A DNA stretch of 64,000 nt, taken from assembly GCA_965243025.1 (NCBI GenBank), contig CBDETY010000003.1:5120001-5184000 (forward strand). The letters run 5' to 3'. Below, one piece after another: positions 9,713-20,815 of this stretch; the stretch's first letter is position 1, and the number at the start of each line of letters is the position of its first letter. This DNA is from Candidatus Latescibacterota bacterium (GTDB lineage: Bacteria > Latescibacterota > UBA2968 > UBA8231). The notes under the pieces were generated by a model that made no database searches, had not been told where the DNA came from, and saw only the letters and a program-made list of their open reading frames with translations. The translations under genes were made by a program, and so were the position numbers.

Positions 9713-11110
9713 ATGGGTCCTGACATCCTCATCGACGCCGCCTACCTCGCCGCCGCGGCGCTCTTCATCCTCGGCCTCAAGGGGCTCACCCACCCGCGCA
9801 CCGCGGTGCGCGGCAACCTGCTGGGGGCCTGCGGCATGCTGCTGGCGGTGGTGGCGACGCTGCTGAGCCGGCAGATCCTCAGCTTCGAGCTGATCCTCGC
9901 CGGGGTCGTCGCCGGCGCCCTGGTCGGGGCTGTGCTCGCGGTCAGGATCGAGATGACGGCGATGCCGCAGCTGGTGGCCCTTTTCAACGGCTTCGGGGGC
10001 GCCGCCTCGGTGCTGGTCGCCGGCGCCGCCCTCGCCGAGAGCAGCCTTTCGGAAGCGGCACCGGCGGCGCAGTTCACGGTCGCCACGGCGGCGTCCGGAC
10101 TGATCGGGGCGGTGACTTTCTGGGGCAGCGTCGTCGCCTTCGCCAAGCTGCAGGAGCTGATGTCGGGCAACCCGCTGCTGTTTCCGGGGCGGCAGCTCCT
10201 GAACGGCCTTCTGGCAGCGGCGTCGCTGGCGGCGGCGGCCTGGGTCGTAGCCGAGCCGTCGTCGCCGCAGGCCTACTGGGTGCTGGCGGCCGTCGCCAGC
10301 CTGTTGGGAGCGGCGGTCGTCGTCGCCATCGGGGGCGCCGACATGCCGGTGGTAATCGCCTTTCTCAACTCCTGCTCGGGACTCGCCGCGGCGGCGACCG
10401 GCTTCGTGCTGCAGAACAACATCCTCATCATCGCCGGGTCGCTGGTCGGCGCCTCGGGGGTGATCCTGACGCAGATCATGTGCCGCGCCATGAACCGCTC
10501 GCTGGGGAACGTCTTCTTCGGGGGGGTCGGGGCCGGGGCCGCGGTCGCTGGCGGGGACGACGAGATCTACGAGGGCAGGGTGAAGTCGACGTCGGCCGCG
10601 GAGGTGGCGATGCTTTTCGACACGGCGCGGCGGGTGGTGGTGGTGCCGGGCTACGGCATGGCGGTCGCCCAGGCCCAGTACGCGGTGCGCGATCTCGCCG
10701 GCCTGCTGGAGGAGCGGGGCATCGAGGTCGAGTACGCCATCCACCCGGTGGCCGGGCGCATGCCGGGCCACATGAACGTTCTCCTGGCCGAGGCCGAGGT
10801 GCCCTACGAGCAGCTCAAGGAGATGGAGCTCGTAAACCCCGGCTTCGAGCAGACCGACGTCGTGCTGGTGATCGGGGCCAACGACGTCGTCAATCCGCTC
10901 GCCCGGGAGGAGGACTCGGGACCGATCGCCGGCATGCCGATCCTCGACGTCGACAAGGCGCGCACGGTGGTTGTGATCAAGCGCTCCCTGAGCCCGGGCT
11001 TCGCCGGCATCGCCAACCCCCTGTTCGCGGCCGACAACACGCTGATGTACTTCGGCAGCGCCAGGGAGGCGGTGGTCGACCTGGTCAACGCGGTGAAGGA
11101 AGCGGACTAG
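9713..11110 (+). CDS. pntB: NAD(P) transhydrogenase subunit beta
   Basis: IGGADMPVV, HPVAGRMPGHMNVLLAEA and GANDVVNP. Confidence 0.97.
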   Translation: MGPDILIDAAYLAAAALFILGLKGLTHPRTAVRGNLLGACGMLLAVVATLLSRQILSFELILAGVVAGALVGAVLAVRIEMTAMPQLVALFNGFGGAASVLVAGAALAESSLSEAAPAAQFTVATAASGLIGAVTFWGSVVAFAKLQELMSGNPLLFPGRQLLNGLLAAASLAAAAWVVAEPSSPQAYWVLAAVASLLGAAVVVAIGGADMPVVIAFLNSCSGLAAAATGFVLQNNILIIAGSLVGASGVILTQIMCRAMNRSLGNVFFGGVGAGAAVAGGDDEIYEGRVKSTSAAEVAMLFDTARRVVVVPGYGMAVAQAQYAVRDLAGLLEERGIEVEYAIHPVAGRMPGHMNVLLAEAEVPYEQLKEMELVNPGFEQTDVVLVIGANDVVNPLAREEDSGPIAGMPILDVDKARTVVVIKRSLSPGFAGIANPLFAADNTLMYFGSAREAVVDLVNAVKEAD

Positions 11111-11274
11111 TGCCCCGTCGCAGAAATATCTCGACATTGGGATGCCGATCCATCCCGGCTCACGGCGTTGCCTTCGCTCGCCGTACACCCTCGGTACGAC
11201 TCGCTCAGGCGCCTTGTGAGCCGGGCGCCTCGGCATCCCAATTTTGTCAATCTATCTCTGCGAAGGGACACTAG
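11107..11274. mobile_element. 168-bp palindromic MITE/REP-like element bounded by CTAG
   Basis: Long imperfect inverted repeat (ctagtgcccc-gtcgcaga...attgggatgccga / tcggcatcccaat...tctgcgaagggacactag); related copy at 33468-33606. Confidence 0.7.
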
Positions 11275-11340
11275 GACTGCGCGGCACCGCCTGAGGACTG
11301 CCCCCCGGGGCGGTGCCCGACCGACCGGCCCGGGGCCGGA

Positions 11341-12249
11341 TCAGCCTAGGCAGAACGGACTGTTCCCTTCGATTGTCTGCCGTATGCGGTCCACCTCTTC
11401 GGTCGGATCACCCTCGGCGTTCAGTTCCATTCTCAGAGAATCGAGGTAGTGGTACATCTCCCAGAATCTGAGCTCTTCGATACCGTCCGCATCAAGTCCG
11501 CCAAATCCACGGATGAGAGCATCTCTCTGGTTGGATCTTCCTGTTCCGATGGACCACCCGTCGTGAGATGCCAGCAGCATGTAGAGGTCTTCAAAGGGTG
11601 AGGACAGATGCAGGTACCCGCAGTCGATGACACAGATCTCCCCGGTCGGATCGGCCATGATGTTGTAAGTGGTGAAGGCACCGTGTACCAGTTGCCTCCG
11701 TGTCGGCCTCCTGAGACCCTCGAAGTACCGTTCCACTCTTTCCGATAGATGTCCGTCGTACTCCCGGATCGGCGCAAAATCCTGGCCACCACCTTCCGCG
11801 GTCCGCCCCTTGTCGAGTTCGTCCTTTGCAACGCCCTCCTGGAACCGGGTATGGAACCTGTCGTTCAGTTCCTTTATGAACCCCCCTGCGGCTTCGCAGG
11901 CGCGAAGCGCGGCCTGGGAATCTTCCGCGCACAACCCGTCGAGTGTCTGGTCTGAAAACTTCCTCATGATGGTGAACGGCAGTTCCGAACCTGGATAATC
12001 CGAGTCCGTGAACTCGATTTCCGGAACGGAAAGGCCCGCCCCTTTCATCAGCGGGTACAGGTAGCACTCAGCAGCCAGGGTCCACTCGTTGTTCCTGCCG
12101 AGTTTGATCACTCTGTCCTCCGGTTCTCCTCCAAAGGAGAGAACGGCCACGTAACTTTCGTGGGAACAGCATTCCTGGACGGTGGGAATTTTTGAGAAAA
12201 AGCGCTGCCCGATGCGTTTTGCAAGGGCCTCGAAGTCACTCTCTTTCAT
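11341..12249 (-). CDS. Aminoglycoside phosphotransferase/choline kinase-like family protein
   Basis: VIKLG, LVHGAFTTYNIM (Brenner-like motif lacking the Asp) and VIDCG; GAGG RBS before MKESD; lower GC than flanks. Confidence 0.7.
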   Translation of the reverse strand: MKESDFEALAKRIGQRFFSKIPTVQECCSHESYVAVLSFGGEPEDRVIKLGRNNEWTLAAECYLYPLMKGAGLSVPEIEFTDSDYPGSELPFTIMRKFSDQTLDGLCAEDSQAALRACEAAGGFIKELNDRFHTRFQEGVAKDELDKGRTAEGGGQDFAPIREYDGHLSERVERYFEGLRRPTRRQLVHGAFTTYNIMADPTGEICVIDCGYLHLSSPFEDLYMLLASHDGWSIGTGRSNQRDALIRGFGGLDADGIEELRFWEMYHYLDSLRMELNAEGDPTEEVDRIRQTIEGNSPFCLG

Positions 12250-12459
12250 TTGGCACCTCTTTCCAGGGACTGAATCTGCGGAACACATCGTTCCCGGGCC
12301 CGGACAACCTGCCCGAAGTGGGGGCCGGAAAGCCTGAGCGGTGGGAACTCGAACCGGGGTTGGTGGGATGAATGCCTGGAATCACGGGCATCCGGGTCTG
12401 TCGGGTGCGCCCGAAGCCACCGGGACTACCCGCCAGATCCCCTCCTGAAAGAACAGGAC

Positions 12460-13035
12460 TCACCCGACGAAGATCGCCTCGTCGGGCCAGTCGTCGTCGA
12501 GCACGGCGGCGCCCATGTTGACCATCGGCAGGTAGTTGTGCTCGCGGCGGATGGTGCCGAGCAGGCGGATGGTGCGCAGCTCGTCGATCGAGTCCCTGCC
12601 GTGGTTCTTCTGCAGCGAGGGGATGATCTTCCCCTGCAGGCTGTCGGCGACGTCGCTGTCCGATTCTCCTTCGACGATCATCACCAGCGCCACCTGGCCG
12701 TCGGTCTCGGCGATGAAGCTGTCCCGTATCAGCTCGCTGAAGACGTTGGCGACGTTGGGCTCGCTGCGGATCTCCTCGACGATCTGGCTGCGGGTCACGC
12801 CGAGGGTGAACTTGATGATGATCATGTGCTGGGTGGTGTAGCGCGAGGTCCCGTTCCCCTGCATCTCCACCGCTGTGTAGTACTTCAGGATCCCTTCCTG
12901 TTCCAGACGCTGGCGTTTGCGGCTCACGGTGCGCACCGGAATCCCGGTCGTGGCGCTGATGCGGTTGTCCGAACGCCGCGGGTTGCGTATGAGGGCGCGG
13001 GCGATGGTTTGCTCCTGCTGATCGAGCTCACGCAT
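12460..13035 (-). CDS. Lrp/AsnC family transcriptional regulator
   Basis: N-terminal wHTH LDQQEQTIARALIRNPRRSDNRIS...TVSRKRQRLEQEG; divergent from gltB. Confidence 0.8.
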   Translation of the reverse strand: MRELDQQEQTIARALIRNPRRSDNRISATTGIPVRTVSRKRQRLEQEGILKYYTAVEMQGNGTSRYTTQHMIIIKFTLGVTRSQIVEEIRSEPNVANVFSELIRDSFIAETDGQVALVMIVEGESDSDVADSLQGKIIPSLQKNHGRDSIDELRTIRLLGTIRREHNYLPMVNMGAAVLDDDWPDEAIFVG

Positions 13036-13080
13036 GGTCGAAGTCTCCCACGGTTGGATCGCCGATGGCCTGAATCGGGC

Positions 13081-13200
13081 AAAATATAATGCAAAATGTC
13101 AATAAATGGTCAAATAAATGACAAAAGGGATCCTTACTGGTCGCAAACGGTAATCAGGTGTCAATTATTGGTTTGACATGAAGGTTCGGGACACTATATT
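13081..13200. promoter_or_regulatory. Divergent lrp/gltB control region with promoter and candidate operators
   Basis: AT-rich; TTGACA(13173)-16 bp-TATATT; inverted repeat TGTCAA-N8-TTGACA at 13159-13178; repeated GTCAA(A)TAAATG at about 13097-13122. Confidence 0.6.
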
Positions 13201-13235
13201 AAGCCCTTCCCCTGGACCGCATCCGGATCTCCCGA

Positions 13236-16200
13236 TTGATGAAATACCCCTTCCTGCCCTCTCCCCAGGGCCTCTATCACCCCAAGAACGAGCACGACGG
13301 GTGCGGCATCGGTTTTGTCGCGCACATCAGGGGGGCCGCGTCCCACGGCATCGTGGAGCAGGCGCTCGAGGTGCTGTGCAATCTCGACCACCGCGGCGCC
13401 CGCGGCTGCGAGGTCAACACCGGGGACGGGGCCGGCATCCTCACCCAGATACCGGACCGCTTCTTCAGGAACGAGCTGTCCGGGCAGGGGGTGGAACTGC
13501 CGGAGCGGGGCCGCTACGGCGTCGCCATGCTGTTCCTGCCGCCGGACGAAACCCGGCGCCGCGCCTGCGAGCAGCGGCTCGAGGAGATCGCCGCCGAAGA
13601 GGGGCAGGCCGTCCTGGGCTGGCGCGACGTGCCCACCGGCGAGGCGGATCTCGGCGACACGGCGCGCTCCTGCGAGCCCTGCATCCGGCAGCTGTTCATC
13701 GGCGCCGGCTCCGAACTGGCCGGGGAGCTCGACTTCGAGCGCAAGCTCTACGTCATCGGCAAGCGCGCCAGCCACGAGATCCGCCACGGCGGCCGCTGGC
13801 CCGGCAGCGAGTACTTCTACTTCCAGAGCATTTCCTGCCGCACCATCGTCTACAAGGGGATGCTGACCCCCGGCCAGGTCGAGAACTACTACACCGACCT
13901 GTCGGACCCGCTCCTCGAATCCGCCGTCGTCCTCGTCCATTCCCGCTTCAGCACCAACACCTTCCCGAGCTGGGAGCGGGCGCACCCGTACCGCTACCTG
14001 ATTCACAACGGCGAGATCAACACCCTCAGGGGCAACGAGAACTGGATGTACACGCGCCAGTCGATGCTCCGCTCGCGGCAGTTCGGAGACGACCTCGAGA
14101 AGCTCTTCCCCGTCATCGAGGAGGACGGCAGCGACTCGGCGAAGTTCGACAACTGCCTCGAGTTCCTGCACCTCGCCGGCCGCTCCCTCGGTCACGCGGT
14201 GATGATGATGATCCCCGAGCCGTGGGAGAAGCACGAGTCGATGTCCGACGAGAAGAAGGCGTTCTACGAGTACCACGCCTGCCTGATGGAGCCGTGGGAC
14301 GGTCCGGCCTCGATCGCCTTCACCGACGGCACCCAGGTCGGCGCCGTGCTCGACCGCAACGGCCTGCGCCCGTCCCGCTACTACGTCACCGCCGACGACC
14401 GCGTCATCATGGGTTCCGAGGTCGGAGTGCTCGACGTCGAGCCGGAGAACGTCCTGCACAAGGGCCGCCTGCAGCCGGGGCGGATGTTTCTCGTCGACAC
14501 GGCCGAGGGCCGCATCATCGCCGACGAGGAGCTGAAACAGCGCTGGGCCACGGAGCACCCGTACCGGCAGTGGCTCGACGAGCACCTCGTCGATTTCGAG
14601 GACCTCCCCGGGGTCGAGTACCGCGAACCCGCCCGCGAACACGAGGAGGTCCTGCGCAGGCAGCAGGTGTTCGGGTTCACCTTCGAGGACCTGCGCGTCA
14701 ACCTGATCCCGATGGCCCGCAACGCCATCTGGCCGATCGGCTCGATGGGGAACGACGCGGCGCTGGCGGTGCTGTCCGACCGGCCGCAGCCGCTGTTCAG
14801 CTACTTCAAGCAGCTGTTCGCCCAGGTCACCAACCCGCCCATCGACCCGATCAGGGAGGAGCTGGTCACCGCGACCGAGACCACCCTGGGGTCGGAGCGG
14901 AACTTCCTCGAGCCGGAGCCGGAGAGCTGCCGCCAGCTCCGCCTGAGGCGGCCGGTCCTGACCAACGCCGAGATGGCCAGGCTCAAGGGAGTCGACCGGT
15001 CCGGGATGAAGCCCTGCGAGCTGCCGATCCTGTTTCCCGCCGAGGCCGGGGAAGAGGGCATGCGGCAGGCCCTCGACGAGCTGTTCGCCGCGGCCGAGGC
15101 GGCGATCGACGGCGGCGCCACCATCCTGATTCTCTCCGACCGCGGCTTCGACGAGCGCCTGGCGCCGATACCGGCGCTGCTGGCGGTATCGGGCCTGCAC
15201 CACCACCTGATCCGCGCCGGCAAGAGGACGCGGGCCGGCCTCGCCGTCGAGTCGGGGGAGCCGCGCGAGGTCCACCACTTCTGCCTGCTGCTCGGGTACG
15301 GCGCCAACGCCATCAACCCGTACATGGTCTACGAGAGCCTCGACGACCTGATCCGCGAGGGGATGCTGACCGACCTGGGATTCGAGGAGGCGAACGACAA
15401 CTACAACAAGGCGGTGGTCAAGGGGATCGTGAAGGTGATGTCCAAGATGGGCATCTCGACCTTCAAGTCGTACCGCGGCGCGCAGATCTTCGAGGCGGTC
15501 GGCATCCGGCAGGAGGTGATCGACCGCTACTTCACCTGGACCGACTCCCGCGTCGAGGGGATCGGCCTCGACGTCATCGCCGCCGAGGCATGCATGCGCC
15601 ACGGCGCCGCCTACCCGCAGTTCGAGTCGAACGGCCGCAGCCTCGACGCCGGCGGCGAGTACCAGTGGCGCAAGGGTGGGGAGTACCACCTGTTCAACCC
15701 GCAGACCGTGCACAAGCTGCAGAAGGCGGCCCGCGAGAACGACTACGCGGTCTTCAAGGAGTACTCGGCGCTGATCGACGACCGCGCGAAGAACATGGCC
15801 ACCCTGCGCAGCCTGCTGGAGTTCAACTACGCCGGGGAGCCCCTGCCGCTCGACGAGGTGGAGCCCGTCGAGGCGATCACCCGGCGCTTCAAGAGCGGGG
15901 CGATGTCGTACGGCTCGATCAGCAAGGAGGCGCACGAGGGGCTCGCCATCGCCATGAACCGCATCGGCGGCAAGAGCAACACCGGCGAGGGGGGGGAGGA
16001 CCCGGAGCGCTACGTCCTCGACCCCAACGGCGACTCGCGCAACAGCGCCATCAAGCAGGTCGCTTCCGGCCGCTTCGGGGTGACCAGCAACTACCTCGTC
16101 CACGCCCGGGAGCTGCAGATCAAGATGGCCCAGGGGGCCAAGCCGGGAGAAGGGGGTGAGCTGCCCGGCGGCAAGGTCTACCCCTGGATTGCCAAGGTCA

Positions 16201-17840
16201 GGCAGTCGACCCCGGGAGTCGGCCTGATTTCGCCGCCGCCGCACCACGACATCTACTCGATCGAAGACCTCGCCGAGCTGATCCACGACCTCAAGAACTC
16301 GAACCGCGAGGCGCGCATCAACGTCAAGCTGGTCTCCGAGGTGGGTGTCGGCACGATCGCCGCCGGGGTCGCAAAGGGCCACGCCGACGTCGTCCTGATC
16401 AGCGGCCACGACGGCGGCACCGGGGCCTCGCCGCAGACCAGCATCAAGCACGCCGGGCTCCCGTGGGAGCTCGGCCTCGCCGACACGCACCAGACCCTCG
16501 TGCTCAACGACCTGCGCAGCCGCATCGTCGTCGAGACCGACGGCCAGCTCAAGACCGGGCGCGACGTGGCGGTCGCCGCCCTGCTGGGGGCCGAGGAGTT
16601 CGGTTTCGCGACCACCGCCCTGGTAGCCATGGGCTGCATCATGATGCGGGTCTGCCACCTCGACACCTGTCCCGTGGGGGTGGCGACCCAGAACCCGGCG
16701 CTGCGCGAGAAGTTCTCCGGCACCCCCGATCACGTGGTCAACTTCCTGCGCTTCGTCGCCCGGGAGCTGCGCGAGATCATGGCGGCCCTGGGATTCCGCA
16801 CCGTCGACGAGATGGTGGGGCGCACCGACAGGCTGACCCAGGTGCCCAGCGATCACTGGAAGGCCAGGGGCGTCGACCTGTCGAAGATCCTCCACATGCC
16901 GGAGGCGCCCGACAGCGTCGGCCGCTACTGCCAGATCGACCAGGACCACGGGCTCGAGCGCTCCCTCGACGAGGAGACGCTGCTGCGGCTGTGCGAGCCG
17001 GCGATCGCCCGCGGGGAGAAGGTCCGGGCCGAGCTGCCGGTCCGGAACATCAACCGGGTGGTCGGCAGCATCACCGGCAGCGAGCTCACCAGGCGCTACG
17101 GCCCCGACGGACTCCCGGCCGATACCATCCACCTGAAGTTCAACGGCTCCGCCGGCCAGAGCTTCGGGGCCTTCGTGCCCCCGGGCATGACCCTCGAGCT
17201 CGAGGGGGATGCAAACGACTACTTCGGCAAGGGGCTGTCGGGGGGGAAGCTGATCCTCTACCCGCCGGCAGGGTCGCCGTTCGTGCCCCGCGAGGAGATC
17301 ATCACCGGCAACGTCTCCTTCTACGGGGCGACCGCCGGAGAGGCCTACATCAACGGCATGGCGGGGGAGCGCTTCTGCGTGCGCAACAGCGGCGTGCACG
17401 CCGTCGTCGAGGCGGTGGGCGACCACGGCTGCGAGTACATGACGGGGGGCCGCGTCGTCGTCCTCGGGCCGACCGGGCGCAACTTCGCCGCCGGCATGTC
17501 GGGAGGCATCGCCTACGTGCTCGACGAGGCCGGCGACTTCGCCGACCGCTGCAATCCCGAGATGTGCGACCTCGGCCCGGTCTCCGATCCGGAGGAGCTG
17601 CGCGAGGTGCGCGAGATGGTAGAGCGGCACGCCGGGTACACCGGCAGCGTGACCGCCCGCCGCCTGCTCGAGGATTGGGAGGCCGGCGCCAGGCAGTTCG
17701 TCCGCGTCATGCCGCGCGACTACCGGCGCATGCTCGAGGCGCTGCAGGACGCCCGCGGCCGCGGCCTGACCGGGGACGACGCGGTGATGGAGGCCTTCGA
17801 GATCAACAAGGCGGACGAAGCGCGGGTGAGCGGCAACTGA
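13236..17840 (+). CDS. gltB: Glutamate synthase large subunit
   Basis: EHDGCGIGF (Cys1), [32 protein letters not shown] and [10 protein letters not shown]. Confidence 0.99.
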   Translation: MMKYPFLPSPQGLYHPKNEHDGCGIGFVAHIRGAASHGIVEQALEVLCNLDHRGARGCEVNTGDGAGILTQIPDRFFRNELSGQGVELPERGRYGVAMLFLPPDETRRRACEQRLEEIAAEEGQAVLGWRDVPTGEADLGDTARSCEPCIRQLFIGAGSELAGELDFERKLYVIGKRASHEIRHGGRWPGSEYFYFQSISCRTIVYKGMLTPGQVENYYTDLSDPLLESAVVLVHSRFSTNTFPSWERAHPYRYLIHNGEINTLRGNENWMYTRQSMLRSRQFGDDLEKLFPVIEEDGSDSAKFDNCLEFLHLAGRSLGHAVMMMIPEPWEKHESMSDEKKAFYEYHACLMEPWDGPASIAFTDGTQVGAVLDRNGLRPSRYYVTADDRVIMGSEVGVLDVEPENVLHKGRLQPGRMFLVDTAEGRIIADEELKQRWATEHPYRQWLDEHLVDFEDLPGVEYREPAREHEEVLRRQQVFGFTFEDLRVNLIPMARNAIWPIGSMGNDAALAVLSDRPQPLFSYFKQLFAQVTNPPIDPIREELVTATETTLGSERNFLEPEPESCRQLRLRRPVLTNAEMARLKGVDRSGMKPCELPILFPAEAGEEGMRQALDELFAAAEAAIDGGATILILSDRGFDERLAPIPALLAVSGLHHHLIRAGKRTRAGLAVESGEPREVHHFCLLLGYGANAINPYMVYESLDDLIREGMLTDLGFEEANDNYNKAVVKGIVKVMSKMGISTFKSYRGAQIFEAVGIRQEVIDRYFTWTDSRVEGIGLDVIAAEACMRHGAAYPQFESNGRSLDAGGEYQWRKGGEYHLFNPQTVHKLQKAARENDYAVFKEYSALIDDRAKNMATLRSLLEFNYAGEPLPLDEVEPVEAITRRFKSGAMSYGSISKEAHEGLAIAMNRIGGKSNTGEGGEDPERYVLDPNGDSRNSAIKQVASGRFGVTSNYLVHARELQIKMAQGAKPGEGGELPGGKVYPWIAKVRQSTPGVGLISPPPHHDIYSIEDLAELIHDLKNSNREARINVKLVSEVGVGTIAAGVAKGHADVVLISGHDGGTGASPQTSIKHAGLPWELGLADTHQTLVLNDLRSRIVVETDGQLKTGRDVAVAALLGAEEFGFATTALVAMGCIMMRVCHLDTCPVGVATQNPALREKFSGTPDHVVNFLRFVARELREIMAALGFRTVDEMVGRTDRLTQVPSDHWKARGVDLSKILHMPEAPDSVGRYCQIDQDHGLERSLDEETLLRLCEPAIARGEKVRAELPVRNINRVVGSITGSELTRRYGPDGLPADTIHLKFNGSAGQSFGAFVPPGMTLELEGDANDYFGKGLSGGKLILYPPAGSPFVPREEIITGNVSFYGATAGEAYINGMAGERFCVRNSGVHAVVEAVGDHGCEYMTGGRVVVLGPTGRNFAAGMSGGIAYVLDEAGDFADRCNPEMCDLGPVSDPEELREVREMVERHAGYTGSVTARRLLEDWEAGARQFVRVMPRDYRRMLEALQDARGRGLTGDDAVMEAFEINKADEARVSGN

Positions 17841-18190
17841 CGCGTGCCCGATGGAGCCGTTGGCCCTTATGCAACGCGCCGCACGCGAGTCGCGAAAACT
17901 GCGTTTTCGCTCCCGTGTGGTTGGAAGCTGCTCCCGCTCGGGGAACGTCCGGGTTGTAAGCCACTCTCTGGCAGGTTGAGGTATGGGTAAGCCGACAGGG
18001 TTCATGGAGATCGACGCGCGCTCTGGCAGTACCCTCGAGCCTGCGCGTACCCAAGCGCGCGAGTCGCGAAAACTGCGTTTTCGCTCCCGTGTGGTTGGAG
18101 ACTCGCTCCCGCTCGGCGAACGTCCAGGCAGCCGGACACTCTTTGGCAGGTTGAAGTAATGGGCAAACCGACGGGATTCATGGAGATCGA
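17839..18190 (+). repeat. Imperfect tandem duplication (~175-bp period) of the gltB-gltD spacer plus the first ~32 nt of gltD
   Basis: cgcgagtcgcgaaaactgcgttttcgctcccgtgtggttgga identical at 17884 and 18058; tggcaggttga and ttcatggagatcga also repeated. Confidence 0.9.
17983..18159 (+). CDS. 58-aa upstream ORF beginning with a copy of the GltD N-terminus ([11 protein letters not shown])
   Basis: ATG 17983 after GAGGT; open to TAA 18157-18159, which overlaps the gltD ATG (TAATG). Confidence 0.45.
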   Translation: MGKPTGFMEIDARSGSTLEPARTQARESRKLRFRSRVVGDSLPLGERPGSRTLFGRLK

Positions 18191-19649
18191 GCGGGAGCTT
18201 CCGCAGGACCGGTCCCCGCTCGAACGGGTGAAGGACTGGGGCGAGTTCCACCTTCACATGGGGGTGGAGAAGCTGCGGGACCAGGGCTCGCGCTGCATGG
18301 ACTGCGGCGTCCCGTTCTGCCACACCGGGGATACGATGAGCCGCAGCGACAAGGGGTCGGGCTGCCCGATCAACAACCTGATCCCCGAGTGGAACGACCT
18401 CGTTTACCGCGGCCTCTGGGAAGACGCCCTGGAGCGGCTCCACAAGACCAACAACTTCCCCGAGTTCACCGGGCGCGTCTGCCCCGCTCCCTGCGAGGGG
18501 GCCTGCGTGCTGGGAATCAGCGAGCCCCCGGTGACGATCAAGAACATCGAGGCCGCCATCGCCGACCACGGCTTCGCCTCGGGCACGGTGCTGCCGGAGC
18601 CGCCGGAGAAGCGGACCGGCAGGAAGGTCGCCGTCGTCGGGTCCGGCCCCGCCGGCCTGTCCTGCGCCGCGCAGCTCAACCGCGCCGGCCACTGGGTCAC
18701 CGTGTACGAGCGCGCCGACCGCATCGGCGGCCTGCTGATGTACGGCATCCCGAACATGAAGCTCGACAAGGCGGTGGTGACGAGGCGGCTGCAGCTGATG
18801 GAGGCCGAGGGGGTCGAGTTCGTGACCAACACCGAGATCGGCAAAGACATCCCGGCGCCGCAGCTGGCCGAGGAGTTCGACGCCGTGGTCCTGTGCGGGG
18901 GGGCGACCAAGGGCCGCGACATGCCGGTCGAGGGGCGCGAGCTCAACGGCGTCCACTTCGCCATGGAGTTCCTGACGGCGAACACGAAGAGCCTGATGGA
19001 CTCCGGCCACGCCGACGGCAACTACATCTCCGCAAAGGACAAGCACGTCGTCGTCATCGGCGGCGGCGACACCGGCACCGACTGCGTCGGCACCTCGATG
19101 CGCCACGGCTGCAGGAGCCTGACCCAGTTCGAGATCATGCCGCGGCCCCCGGACGAGCGCGCCCCGGACAATCCCTGGCCCGAGTGGCCGAACGTCTACC
19201 TGCTCGACTACGGCCAGGAAGAGGCGGCAGCCCGCTTCGGCGAGGACCCGCGCGCCTACCTGATCGACACCACGAGGTTCGTCGGCGACGGCGAGGGGAA
19301 CGTCAGGGAGCTGCACACGGTCGGGATCGAATGGGCGCAGGGCGCAAACGGCCGCATGGCGCCGCAGCCGGTTGCGGGGACCGAAAAGGTGTGGCCTGCC
19401 GATCTAGTGCTGCTGGCGATGGGGTTCCTCGGCCCTGAGGACACGGTGCTCGATCAGCTCGACGTCGAGCGGGACGAGCGTTCCAACGCCAGGGCCGAGC
19501 ACGGCCGCTTCGCCACCAGCGTCGAGGGGGTGTTCGCCGCCGGCGACATGAGGCGCGGACAGAGTCTCGTCGTGTGGGCGATCAACGAGGGCCGCGGCGC
19601 CGCCCGCGAGTGCGACCGCTACCTGATGGGGACGACCTCGCTGCCCTAG
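18159..19649 (+). CDS. gltD: Glutamate synthase small subunit
   Basis: [41 protein letters not shown] and [14 protein letters not shown]. Confidence 0.99.
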   Translation: MGKPTGFMEIERELPQDRSPLERVKDWGEFHLHMGVEKLRDQGSRCMDCGVPFCHTGDTMSRSDKGSGCPINNLIPEWNDLVYRGLWEDALERLHKTNNFPEFTGRVCPAPCEGACVLGISEPPVTIKNIEAAIADHGFASGTVLPEPPEKRTGRKVAVVGSGPAGLSCAAQLNRAGHWVTVYERADRIGGLLMYGIPNMKLDKAVVTRRLQLMEAEGVEFVTNTEIGKDIPAPQLAEEFDAVVLCGGATKGRDMPVEGRELNGVHFAMEFLTANTKSLMDSGHADGNYISAKDKHVVVIGGGDTGTDCVGTSMRHGCRSLTQFEIMPRPPDERAPDNPWPEWPNVYLLDYGQEEAAARFGEDPRAYLIDTTRFVGDGEGNVRELHTVGIEWAQGANGRMAPQPVAGTEKVWPADLVLLAMGFLGPEDTVLDQLDVERDERSNARAEHGRFATSVEGVFAAGDMRRGQSLVVWAINEGRGAARECDRYLMGTTSLP

Positions 19650-19754
19650 TCACCGTGGGTGCAGGCGGCGCGAATTCGGTCCTGATCGCCTCGTTCGTAC
19701 GTTTGCTTACTGAAATTCCCGCGTAGTCATAGGCAGAGCCCGACCTGTGTTTCG

Positions 19755-19787
19755 GAGCGCTCCCCGGTTGTCCGGGGGGCGCTTTTT
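19755..19787 (+). terminator. Terminator between convergent gltD and the Gld-like operon
   Basis: GAGCGCTCCCCGG/CCGGGGGGCGCTT stem plus T-run. Confidence 0.7.
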
Positions 19788-20815
19788 CATTGCCGCGCCA
19801 GCCGGTACGGAGAAGGGTCGGGCAGGGTGTCGGTGAGGGCGCTGCGGCCGGGAAACAGCAGCTCGGCGCTGCCGGCGTCGACGGCGCAGACCAGACCGGC
19901 CTCCTCGTTGCGCACGAACACCAGGTCCCCTTCCCTGCGGCCCACGTGCAGTACGTCGACGGTCCCGTCCTCGCCGGTCAGCTCGATGCGCTCGCCGTCG
20001 GAAAAGCCGTAGCCGCCGGCGCGCGGGTCGCGCAGGCTCTCGAAGCGGAGCTCCTTCAGAAAAGCCGTGTAGGCGAAGAGATTGGCGGTCAGGCATGTGT
20101 CGCTGCCGCCGTCGAAGGTCGCCACCCAGTCCCAGGCGTACTCCCCGGGCCGCGGCAGGTACAGACCTTCGGCCGGGGGCGGCCGCGGCACCCTTCTCAG
20201 CTGCCGCGGCGCCGGCCTTTCGCTGGTGAAATCGATCTGCACGATGGTGTTCCGCTCCAGCGCCTTGGGAAACAGGAACGGGTCGAGCATCGGGGGGTTG
20301 CCCCCGGCCAGGGCGTGGCGGGGGTTGGCGTGCAGGTGCCATATCCGGGCGCTGTCGCGGTTGCGGCGCACGTAAGCCTCCCCCGTGCGCCGGCCCGGAG
20401 CCCCGCGTCCCACGCGCACGTCCGCCAGCACCCCGGAATCGTCGGCCAAGACCACTTCGACCGCCTGCTGGGGCAGCAGCCCGTGGTCGCGGTCGTTCCC
20501 CGAAACGACGGTCCCCCAGGTCTCAAGAAGGCTCCGCAGCAGGAAGTCGACGCGGTCCTCCTGCACGTAGGCGCCGTGGTAGGACGGGTAGCGCCAGATC
20601 CCGCCCCGCTTCTCGTACACCCAGAGATGGCGTCCGCCCGGGGCGCGCACCTCGACGCGGCGGATCCGCTCCGGCACGATTTCGTCAGCCGGATCGAAAA
20701 GCACCTGCATGGTGCCGGCTTCGAGGCGCTTCTCCTCCCGGCGCTGGTCGATCCAGAAATCGGCGCCGATCAGCAGGAGGAGGACGGCCCCGAGGATGGG
20801 CGGAAGCCGGCTCAC
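19787..20815 (-). CDS. DUF4340-like membrane-anchored ABC accessory protein
   Basis: GTG overlaps the stop of the GldG-like gene (GTGA); N-terminal TM helix; usual fourth position in GldA/F/G operons. Confidence 0.65.
   Translation of the reverse strand: MSRLPPILGAVLLLLIGADFWIDQRREEKRLEAGTMQVLFDPADEIVPERIRRVEVRAPGGRHLWVYEKRGGIWRYPSYHGAYVQEDRVDFLLRSLLETWGTVVSGNDRDHGLLPQQAVEVVLADDSGVLADVRVGRGAPGRRTGEAYVRRNRDSARIWHLHANPRHALAGGNPPMLDPFLFPKALERNTIVQIDFTSERPAPRQLRRVPRPPPAEGLYLPRPGEYAWDWVATFDGGSDTCLTANLFAYTAFLKELRFESLRDPRAGGYGFSDGERIELTGEDGTVDVLHVGRREGDLVFVRNEEAGLVCAVDAGSAELLFPGRSALTDTLPDPSPYRLARQ

Noticed and set aside
17884-18100. CRISPR-like repeat-spacer structure
   Set aside because: Only two copies; similarity extends through the would-be spacer; the period is far too long and there are no cas genes
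13194-19316. 2040-aa antisense ORF spanning gltBD (and similar long antisense ORFs over pnt, gltA and cocE)
   Set aside because: Shadow ORFs expected from GC-rich codon bias opposite well-supported genes; no recognisable motifs
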